Below are positions 17,728 through 24,306 of a DNA stretch of 32,942 bases, in pieces. Source of the DNA: an uncultured Gammaproteobacteria bacterium (GTDB taxonomy: Bacteria > Patescibacteriota > Patescibacteriia > UBA9570). The position numbers were made by a program, and so were the translations under genes. Each line of letters opens with the position of its first letter. The stretch's first letter is position 1. A model generated the notes under the pieces. That model worked only from the letters and a program-made list of their open reading frames with translations, made no database searches and was not told where the DNA came from. Where the stretch lies: positions 1 to 32,942 of the forward strand of contig CAYYTZ010000001.1 in assembly GCA_964474735.1 (NCBI GenBank), read 5' to 3'.

Positions 17728-19120
17728 TTACTGCCATATAGACGGTGAACGTTATCACCAGCTGGTTAATGATGTTTATGTCGCTTAATAGATAAAAAAA
17801 GATGGCTATAAACACTAGAGATTTTGTTCGGATGACCAAACGAATTGGTTGACCAATTTTATTTAAACTAATCGTCAGCCATAACATCATAATATATAAT
17901 ACTAAGTAACTAGCACCCCAGACTGGTTGAATCCAAGATAAAGCAATTCCAACTAGGACGGCTGCCGAAAGTCCCAAAATATACATCATTATTTTTGTCA
18001 CGGCCGCTTCTTCACTGGCAGTATTTTGATAACGGGCCAGTGGCTCAGTCAAACTAGCTGTAATTAAATAAATAACAAATAGAAACACACTTAATTTTGG
18101 ATATAATTCAACACAGGCTACACTAGTAATGATGCCAATAATGCTTATAATATTAAATTTATATGGTGTGAAATTAAAATACGTTAAAAAATTCAGCAGT
18201 GGCCTTAAAATAAATTCGCGCCGTTTATGAAATTCTAAAACGGTTTCCTTTTCCGCTTCGCTATAGTAGTTAGTAAATTGATCGTCGTTTTGGTAAACTC
18301 GGCCTTCATACAAGCGAAAGGCTTTAACTAAGCTTTCTCGAACCACAGTATAGATTTTATAAAAACCAAGCCATAATTTAATATCCACTTCAGTTTCTTT
18401 AAACTGCTTACTCATAGTATGCGTCAGTGCCTGCCAAACAGCGGCTTCAGTTTGATTAATTGGGTCAGTTATTTCCATACCTGAGCCAATTTCTATTGGT
18501 AGATGTGCATCGGATCCGCCGGTATATAAGGTTACTTCTGGATATTTATAAAAGTCCTCTGGTAGGGCATTAGCCAGATTCATGGCAGCGCGTTTTTTTG
18601 GGAAAATATATCGTACACGAAAAGTATCAAAAAACCATTTTAATCCTTTAGCGTAAGCATTACTAATTTCTGCGCCACCAATTATACGGATAGCTTCAAT
18701 GGTTTTGGCTTTACCAATTTGATATTCACAACTTGAGTTTCCGAAGGTGCTAGGGTGGGCAATGCTTCCAACTAAGTGAGGCGAATTTTTTACATAACGA
18801 GCCATGTTTAATACATCTAATTGTTTTGGCACCATCAATTTTTGATGATAAAACAAAGTAGTATCCGGTGCCATGATAATAATATCAATACCTTCACTGG
18901 TCAGAGCTTCTAAGCCGGGGAAAATGAAGGTCTTAGCGCTGGCGGGACGTTCTTCATTTAATAAACGGTAGGCTCGTTCTGGATTTTTAAAAACATGTTC
19001 TGTAATAATAACTGCAGCTAAATTCATTTCGGCGAAGCGACGCCAAATCTCGCGACAGCGACGGCGCGCACTTAAATCATTCGTTGACAGGTTCGGGTGA
19101 AAATGATAATCTACTAGCAT
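17666..19120 (-). CDS. PHP-domain phosphoesterase fused to a degenerate CDP-alcohol-phosphatidyltransferase-like membrane domain
   Basis: The PHP motifs VDYHFHPN, ITEH and GGSDAH are present. The C-terminal region of about 200 aa is visibly paralogous to ORF 23692..24306 but lacks all catalytic Asp residues. The ATG at 19120 is preferred over the GTG at 19129, which overlaps the -10 element. Confidence 0.8.
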   Translation of the reverse strand: MLVDYHFHPNLSTNDLSARRRCREIWRRFAEMNLAAVIITEHVFKNPERAYRLLNEERPASAKTFIFPGLEALTSEGIDIIIMAPDTTLFYHQKLMVPKQLDVLNMARYVKNSPHLVGSIAHPSTFGNSSCEYQIGKAKTIEAIRIIGGAEISNAYAKGLKWFFDTFRVRYIFPKKRAAMNLANALPEDFYKYPEVTLYTGGSDAHLPIEIGSGMEITDPINQTEAAVWQALTHTMSKQFKETEVDIKLWLGFYKIYTVVRESLVKAFRLYEGRVYQNDDQFTNYYSEAEKETVLEFHKRREFILRPLLNFLTYFNFTPYKFNIISIIGIITSVACVELYPKLSVFLFVIYLITASLTEPLARYQNTASEEAAVTKIMMYILGLSAAVLVGIALSWIQPVWGASYLVLYIMMLWLTISLNKIGQPIRLVIRTKSLVFIAIFFYLLSDINIINQLVITFTVYMAVITAVMMIRLRRAVALPERET

Positions 19121-19127
19121 TATTCGC

Positions 19128-19156
19128 ACTTTAGATCATTTAGTTACATCTGACAA
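19128..19156 (-). promoter_or_regulatory. Promoter for the PHP-fusion gene (leaderless)
   Basis: On the - strand, TTGTCA (19156..19151) is followed by a 17-nt spacer and TAAAGT (19133..19128). The ATG at 19120 follows 7 nt later. Confidence 0.45.
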
Positions 19157-19905
19157 TGCCATATACACAGTCTGCGTCTCAAGCCAAAAATAACAATAAA
19201 AAAAATTCTCAACACAAAATTGCCAAGGCCCGAGGAGAAATAGTTCATCCGCACGATATCAATAAACGCGGCGGATCAGTTTCGTGGCGGATTTTTCGAA
19301 TAATGTCAGAACTGGTAGATGGCTACGAGTTTCTTTCTGGCCTGGAAAAGGAAATAACTATTTTTGGCTCGGCGCGCACCAAGCCAGGTACGCGGTATTA
19401 TTTAGAGGCAGAAAAACTTGGTCGGATGTTGGCTAGCGAAGGCTATACGTTAATTACAGGTGGTGGCCCAGGCATAATGGAAGCCGCCAATAAAGGGGCT
19501 TATGAAGCTGGTGGTGAATCATTAGGTTTAAATATTCAGTTGCCGCACGAACAACGAGCTAATCCATATGTGAAAAAAGGCATTGGCTTTCATTTTTTCT
19601 TCACTCGAAAAGTTATGCTGACTTCACCATCACAGGCTTTTGTTATTTTTCCTGGTGGCTTTGGTACACTGGATGAATTTTTTGAAGTGATCACGATAAT
19701 TCAAACCGGTAAAATGCCGCGCGTACCATTAATTGTGTTTGGCAAAGAATATTGGGGCGCTTTAGATAATTTTATCCGCAATGAAGTGTTAGCTCATCAT
19801 GAATCGGTTGATCCGGAAGATTTAAAACTTTATACGATTGTTGATACGGCCGATGAGGCAATACGCATCATTCGAAAAACTAAACCGAGTGATTACCTTA
19901 AATAA
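19156..19905 (+). CDS. LOG-family protein (TIGR00730; lysine-decarboxylase-like nucleotide phosphoribohydrolase), long form
   Basis: Motifs include WRIFRI..E.V.G, FGSART, GGGPGIMEAANKGA and PGGFGTLDEFFE. Confidence 0.88.
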   Translation: MPYTQSASQAKNNNKKNSQHKIAKARGEIVHPHDINKRGGSVSWRIFRIMSELVDGYEFLSGLEKEITIFGSARTKPGTRYYLEAEKLGRMLASEGYTLITGGGPGIMEAANKGAYEAGGESLGLNIQLPHEQRANPYVKKGIGFHFFFTRKVMLTSPSQAFVIFPGGFGTLDEFFEVITIIQTGKMPRVPLIVFGKEYWGALDNFIRNEVLAHHESVDPEDLKLYTIVDTADEAIRIIRKTKPSDYLK

Positions 19906-20629
19906 GATTGAGACAAAACCAATTGCTACGGCTAATTCTGCCGTGGTGATTCCGATTATTGCTGATACAGCAGACTACGTGGTAATTAATAAACCAGCGG
20001 GCGTGGTGATTCATCAAACGCAAGTTCATCCAGAACCAGATACGGTGGTTAATGGATTATTGGGTTTGTATCCCGAGTTAGCCGCAGTGGGCGATGATCC
20101 GCAACGACCGGGGATTGTGCAACGCTTAGATCAGTTTGTTTCTGGAGTAATGGTGGTGGCTAAAACTCAAACCATGTTTGAATATTTAAAAAGTCAGTTT
20201 CAACAGCATCATGTCTATAAAAGATATCTGGCTTTAGCGCATGGCAAGTTTTCACAAGCGGGAGGAGAGATTCGTTTTTCCATTGCGCGGTCGGAAAAGA
20301 ATTTTATTAAAATGGCAGCACGGCCGGACGATTCCGGGAAAGCCGCTGTAACGAAATATACGGTGCTTAAGCAATATCAACAATATACATATTTGGAGCT
20401 GGAAATCGCTACCGGGCGGACCCATCAAATTAGGGTCCATTTGAATGCTTTGGGGCATCCGTTGGTGGGCGAAACCGTGTATTTACCAAAGAATTTTCAT
20501 TCTCGCTTGCAACCTGGCCGGATATTTTTACATGCCGCCGACTTGCGTTTTACCCTGCCAAATGGGGAAAGTATGCATTATGCTGCCCCTTTACCACTGC
20601 CTTTACAAGCAATTCTTGACGGTTTTTAG
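19853..20629 (+). CDS. RluA/RluD-family pseudouridine synthase (no S4 domain)
   Basis: Motifs include VVINKPAGVVIH, the catalytic region VQRLDQFVSGVMVVAKT and GRTHQIRVHL. The start is uncertain. Candidates are TTG 19838, ATG 19853 and GTG 19889, and all three overlap the LOG gene. Confidence 0.8.
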   Translation: MRQYASFEKLNRVITLNKIETKPIATANSAVVIPIIADTADYVVINKPAGVVIHQTQVHPEPDTVVNGLLGLYPELAAVGDDPQRPGIVQRLDQFVSGVMVVAKTQTMFEYLKSQFQQHHVYKRYLALAHGKFSQAGGEIRFSIARSEKNFIKMAARPDDSGKAAVTKYTVLKQYQQYTYLELEIATGRTHQIRVHLNALGHPLVGETVYLPKNFHSRLQPGRIFLHAADLRFTLPNGESMHYAAPLPLPLQAILDGF

Positions 20630-20644
20630 CATTTACCGTATTAT
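20616..20644 (+). promoter_or_regulatory. Possible rplS promoter
   Basis: TTGACG (20616-21) is followed by a 17-nt spacer and TATTAT (20639-44). An overlapping TATAAT lies at 20642-47. Confidence 0.35.
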
Positions 20645-20677
20645 AATCAAGCTTTTAATTGCTTAACGTTTGTATTT

Positions 20678-20983
20678 ATGGATTTGCCAGAACTGAAGTC
20701 CGGCTATACCGTACGCTTACACTTACGGATTAGTGAAGGTAAAAAGGAACGCATTCAAATTTTTGAAGGTATTATTTTGAGCATTCACGGTAAATCTGCC
20801 GCTACGCGAACGATTATTGTTCGCAAAGAAACCAAAGGCTATGGAGTGGAAAAAATTATTCCATTAGCGATGCCAACCCTCGAAAAAATTGAAATCGTGA
20901 AAAAAGCTAAAGTACGCAAACAACGCCTCTACTATCTACGCGATTACAGAAAACGCCTTAAAGAGGAGCGCGTAGCAAACTAA
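20678..20983 (+). CDS. rplS: 50S ribosomal protein L19
   Basis: GYTVRLHLRISEGKKERIQIFEGIILSIHG...YYLRD is the L19 core. Confidence 0.93.
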   Translation: MDLPELKSGYTVRLHLRISEGKKERIQIFEGIILSIHGKSAATRTIIVRKETKGYGVEKIIPLAMPTLEKIEIVKKAKVRKQRLYYLRDYRKRLKEERVAN

Positions 20984-21062
20984 AATTTATAAGGTTCGGT
21001 TATTTGGCAGTTATTTGTTTTTTCAATATTGGTAGGCGCTATACTTTGAGGTTAGATCAAGT

Positions 21063-21719
21063 ATGAAAGCTAAAGGAAAAGTAAAATTGCAATGGACGTC
21101 GGGTCTAGCCTATGCCGTAGGTTTATTAACCACCGATGGTAATCTTTCGCCAGATGGCAGACACATTAGCTTTACTTCAAAGGATTTAGAATTGGCCCGG
21201 AAATTGCAAAGCGGTTTAGGTATTGCCGAACATATCGGTAAAAAAGGTAATGGCGCTAACAAGTTATTAAAGAAATACTACGTTGTTCAGTTTAGTGATA
21301 AACTTTTTTATCAATTTTTATTACAACTAGGCTTAATGCCAAATAAAACAAAAAAAATGCGTCAGCTGGCTATTCCGGACAAATATTTTTTCCATTTTTT
21401 ACGTGGGCACTTTGACGGGGACGGCAGTACGTATTCATATTATGATAAACGTTGGCCAGATAGTTACATGGTATATACAACATTTTGTTCAGCCAGCCAA
21501 CCCCATATACTATGGCTAAAACATGTAATTGAGCAAAAACTAGGTATAACTGGACATATTACAAAAAGCCAAGGTAATAGTTGTTATCAATTGAAATATG
21601 CAAAAACTGAGTCGTTACTGCTCGTAGCTAAACTGTATAAAACCAAGACGGTATTATATTTAACGCGTAAGTACTTGAAAATTCAAAGAGCATTCGCTAT
21701 ACTTGGCAAGCGTATTTAG
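21063..21719 (+). CDS. LAGLIDADG-family homing endonuclease (double-motif, free-standing)
   Basis: There are two LAGLIDADG-type motifs, LAYAVGLLTTDGNL and FLRGHFDGDGSTY. A GAGG SD lies 13 nt upstream and a GCTATACT -10 lies at 21038-21045. Confidence 0.85.
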   Translation: MKAKGKVKLQWTSGLAYAVGLLTTDGNLSPDGRHISFTSKDLELARKLQSGLGIAEHIGKKGNGANKLLKKYYVVQFSDKLFYQFLLQLGLMPNKTKKMRQLAIPDKYFFHFLRGHFDGDGSTYSYYDKRWPDSYMVYTTFCSASQPHILWLKHVIEQKLGITGHITKSQGNSCYQLKYAKTESLLLVAKLYKTKTVLYLTRKYLKIQRAFAILGKRI

Positions 21720-21737
21720 CAGATTGCTGTGTTTTAA

Positions 21738-21827
21738 GCGCGGGTGGAGAAATTGGTAAACTCGCAGGCTTGAGGTGCCTGTGCCAGTAAAAATGGCTTG
21801 GAGGTTCAAGTCCTCTTCCGCGCACCA
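21738..21827 (+). tRNA. tRNA-Leu, anticodon GAG (class II, long variable arm); CCA encoded
   Basis: The acceptor is GCGCGGG/TCCGCGC, the anticodon loop is TTGAGGT, the variable arm is GCCA-gtaaaaa-TGGC and the T loop is TTCAAGT. The 3' end is ACCA. Confidence 0.88.
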
Positions 21828-21918
21828 GAAGTAAGAAGTAATTGGAGAGTATTCCAATACAGTTTAAAATCATACAGTCTTGGTGCGCCTAACAGGCTAG
21901 CCTAATTATTGCTAGTAC

Positions 21919-21926
21919 GCTATACT
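21919..21926 (+). promoter_or_regulatory. -10 element (GCTATACT) upstream of the unit of tRNA-Val, small ORF and tRNA-Ala
   Basis: GCTATACT ends 13 nt before the tRNA-Val 5' end. The weak -35 candidate TAGCCT lies 17 nt upstream. Confidence 0.4.
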
Positions 21927-21939
21927 ATTTTCACTTTAA

Positions 21940-22015
21940 GGACGATTAGCTCAGTTGGTAGAGCGCCTCGTTTACACCGAGGATGTCGAGGGTTCGAGCC
22001 CCCCATCGTCCACCA
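21940..22015 (+). tRNA. tRNA-Val, anticodon TAC; CCA encoded
   Basis: The cloverleaf reads GGACGAT/TA/GCTC-AGTTGGTA-GAGC/G/CCTCG-TTTACAC-CGAGG/ATGTC/GAGGG-TTCGAGC-CCCCC/ATCGTCC/ACCA. The T stem has one A-C mismatch. Confidence 0.85.
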
Positions 22016-22017
22016 TT

Positions 22018-22254
22018 ATGTTGATGCGAGTATTAGTTGGTTTGGGAATAATTGCTTTTGGGGTTTTTTTAATTGTAAAAACCGAGTGGATGATTTCTGC
22101 CTTTGGCCGCATTGCTTGGGCCGAAGATAAACTTGGTGCCGAAGGTGGTACGCGGGTGTTCTATAAATTACTGGGCATGACTTCCATTGTCTTGGCATTT
22201 ATGATTATGTCTGGTAAGATATTCACGCTACTGGATTGGATATTTAAACGTTAG
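22018..22254 (+). CDS. Small (78 aa) two-helix membrane protein wedged between two tRNAs
   Basis: The ATG lies 2 nt after the tRNA-Val CCA, and the TAG stop shares its G with tRNA-Ala position 1. The protein has two hydrophobic helices flanking the loop AWAEDKLGAEGGTRVFYKL. The ORF-track start at 21955 lies inside the tRNA and is rejected. Confidence 0.55.
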   Translation: MLMRVLVGLGIIAFGVFLIVKTEWMISAFGRIAWAEDKLGAEGGTRVFYKLLGMTSIVLAFMIMSGKIFTLLDWIFKR

Positions 22255-22329
22255 GGCCCTTAGCTCATTTGGTAGAGCGCCTCGTTTGCACCGAGGAGGT
22301 GGGGAGTTCGAGCCTCCCAGGGTCCACCA
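22254..22329 (+). tRNA. tRNA-Ala, anticodon TGC; CCA encoded
   Basis: The acceptor GGGCCCT/AGGGTCC carries the G3:U70 alanine identity pair. The anticodon loop is TTTGCAC. Confidence 0.9.
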
Positions 22330-22338
22330 CCACACAAC

Positions 22339-22367
22339 TTGTAACCATGCAAATTTTGTGCTAGACT
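22339..22367 (+). promoter_or_regulatory. Promoter for the AAA+ ATPase gene (leaderless)
   Basis: TTGTAA (22339-44) is followed by a 17-nt spacer and TAGACT (22362-67). The ATG at 22374 follows 6 nt later. Confidence 0.45.
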
Positions 22368-22384
22368 TGAAATATGCATGGTTA
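22342..22384. repeat. Perfect 10-bp inverted repeat bracketing the promoter and start codon
   Basis: TAACCATGCA (22342-51) is the reverse complement of TGCATGGTTA (22375-84). The left arm overlaps the -35 and the right arm overlaps the ATG. Confidence 0.7.
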
Positions 22385-23546
22385 TGTTTCTCGAGCCATT
22401 GAACACAATATTAAAGGGGATCTTAAACAGTTCCCAGCTGTTGCTATATTAGGGCCTCGGCAATGCGGGAAATCGACTACCGCCCAAGAGATTGGGAAAC
22501 GGTACTCTAATTTTATCTATTTAGACTTAGAACGTCCATCTGATCAGCGTAAGTTGCGTGATCCGGAGTTATTTTTTAATAGTAATCAAGCGGCCTTAAT
22601 TTGTTTGGACGAGATTCAGCGTGTACCCAATATCTTTCCAGTGTTACGCAGTATCATTGATCAGAATAAGCGGCCAGGCCAATTTTTAATTCTTGGCTCG
22701 GCATCACGCGATTTATTAAAACAATCATCAGAAACTTTAGCTGGGCGGATTGCCTATAATGAATTAACGCCGTTTGTTTATAGTGAAATTTCAGCAGATC
22801 CAAAGATGAGTATCCAGCAATATTGGTTACGTGGTGGTTTTCCAAATAGCTTGTTAACGGACAGTAATACTAACAGCGCCCGGTGGCGTGAAAATTTTAT
22901 TCGTACCTATTTAGAACGTGACATTCCTCAAATGGGATTTAATATTACAGCAGAATCATTGCGCCGTTTATGGACAATGTGTGCTCATTATCATGGTCAG
23001 ATGTTAAACGCATCAGAGCTAGCTAATGCGCTCAATATATCGAGTACCACAGTGCGGTCTCATCTAGATATCCTTGAGCAAACCTTTACAGTGCGGTTAC
23101 TCAAGCCCTATATCAATAATACAAAAAAACGTTTGGTTAAATCCCCTAAGCTTTATATCCGTGATAGCGGACTGGTTCATGAACTATTGGAAGTAAGAGA
23201 TATAAACAATCTTTTAGCTCATCCTCGAGTCGGAGCATCTTGGGAGGGGTTGGTCTTAGAGAATATTATTACAACTTTACCGCAGTGGCGACCATCATTT
23301 TATCGTACAACGAATGGTGCCGAAATTGATCTAGTCCTTGAACGTGGACAAACTAGTTTAGCTTTTGAATTTAAGGCAGCTTCGAATCCAGATATAACGC
23401 GTGGTTTTTATAGCGCCATTGAAGATATTGGTATTGAACAGGCTTGGGTAGTTGTCCCAACAGGAGATGCCTCTCCAGTCAATAAACAGATCACAATTAG
23501 TAATTTGCAGGATTGTTTAGTGATACTGGCTCAACGATATTTGTAA
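22374..23546 (+). CDS. AAA+ ATPase with a C-terminal DUF4143-type domain
   Basis: Walker A is GPRQCGKST and Walker B is LICLDEIQ. The layout is typical of the AAA_14 plus DUF4143 family (YLERDI motif). Confidence 0.82.
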   Translation: MHGYVSRAIEHNIKGDLKQFPAVAILGPRQCGKSTTAQEIGKRYSNFIYLDLERPSDQRKLRDPELFFNSNQAALICLDEIQRVPNIFPVLRSIIDQNKRPGQFLILGSASRDLLKQSSETLAGRIAYNELTPFVYSEISADPKMSIQQYWLRGGFPNSLLTDSNTNSARWRENFIRTYLERDIPQMGFNITAESLRRLWTMCAHYHGQMLNASELANALNISSTTVRSHLDILEQTFTVRLLKPYINNTKKRLVKSPKLYIRDSGLVHELLEVRDINNLLAHPRVGASWEGLVLENIITTLPQWRPSFYRTTNGAEIDLVLERGQTSLAFEFKAASNPDITRGFYSAIEDIGIEQAWVVVPTGDASPVNKQITISNLQDCLVILAQRYL

Positions 23547-23600
23547 CGACCATAATATATACCGTTTCTTCAACTCCTCCATAATAAGGTTCCAACTGAT

Positions 23601-23614
23601 CCTCTTAGGGTCCA
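23601..23614 (+). repeat. Degenerate copy of the tRNA-Ala 3' end
   Basis: CCTCttAGGGTCCA here compares with CCTCccAGGGTCCA at 22313-22326, a 12/14 match. Confidence 0.3.
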
Positions 23615-23644
23615 TCGCTAGTCTATCTTTTTATGGTTTTGATA

Positions 23645-23653
23645 TGTTAAACT
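23645..23653 (+). promoter_or_regulatory. Possible extended -10 (TGtTAAACT) for the lipid gene pair
   Basis: It lies 38 nt upstream of the ATG at 23692. A GGAG SD lies 10 nt before the ATG, and the GATAGT/ACTATC/GATAGT repeats at 23656-23679 lie in between. Confidence 0.35.
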
Positions 23654-23691
23654 AAGATAGTTGATTTACTATCGATAGTGGAGTTTGGTAT

Positions 23692-24306
23692 ATGGACGAT
23701 AATAATTTATTAGATTTTTTTAGTGAGAAAGAAAGAGCTGCGCATACCAAATGGCGGAAACAGCGCACAACTTTTTTTAGCGGTATTTTAAAAATACTTA
23801 GCCGACTGGGTGTCTCAGCCAACAGTCTTTCTGTTGTAGGAATTTTGGCTGTGCTTTTATTCCCTTTTCTTGTTTCGAGACATCCATACTGGGCTATTTT
23901 TGTAGTTATTTGCCATTTATTCTTTGATGCCTTAGATGGCCCAATGGCCAGGTTTCAAAATAAACTTAATAAATTTGGATCGCTGTTGGATATTATCGCG
24001 GACCATACTGCTATGGTAATGGTGGTGGTTGGTCTGCTGGTATTAAAACTAGTGAATCCAATTGAGGCCGTTATATATGTCTACGTTTATATCATCCTGA
24101 TTGTTTTGATTATCGTGCGTAATATTGTAGGAAAATCACCTGGATTGATCATTAGGACAAAATATATTCTTTATATTAGTTATGTTGTTTTCGTGTTAAC
24201 GAATTGGCAAATTTATTCGATCCTGCTGCCGCTTTTTATTATCTTATCTATCATTCCGCTTGTTTCGTCATTAGTGGTTTTATCCAAATACTTTGCACAT
24301 GACTAA
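23692..24306 (+). CDS. CDP-alcohol phosphatidyltransferase family protein
   Basis: The signature D-x2-DG-x2-AR-x8-G-x3-D-x3-D is complete, as DALDGPMARFQNKLNKFGSLLDIIAD (nt 23926-24003). The protein has multiple TM helices. Confidence 0.85.
   Translation: MDDNNLLDFFSEKERAAHTKWRKQRTTFFSGILKILSRLGVSANSLSVVGILAVLLFPFLVSRHPYWAIFVVICHLFFDALDGPMARFQNKLNKFGSLLDIIADHTAMVMVVVGLLVLKLVNPIEAVIYVYVYIILIVLIIVRNIVGKSPGLIIRTKYILYISYVVFVLTNWQIYSILLPLFIILSIIPLVSSLVVLSKYFAHD

Noticed and set aside
19130-19155. A conventional promoter for the LOG gene in the 26-nt gap
   Set aside because: Only weak -10 candidates are present (TAGTTA). A TTGACA at 19084-89 has a 15-nt spacer to GATAAT, which is too short. I could not support a call.
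20984-21940. The LAGLIDADG gene as part of a group I intron or a split tRNA or rRNA gene
   Set aside because: The flanking rplS and tRNA-Leu(GAG) are complete. I could not recognise exon halves or P-helix-like pairings in the 79-nt upstream or 18-nt downstream flanks. It is therefore called free-standing, pending a covariance-model scan.
21660-22198. ORFs 21660..21857 (-), 21909..22130 (+), 22016..22198 (-) and the long start (21955) of ORF 21955..22254
   Set aside because: They run through tRNA-Leu and tRNA-Val. Only the portion from the ATG at 22018 to 22254 is free of tRNA sequence and looks protein-like.
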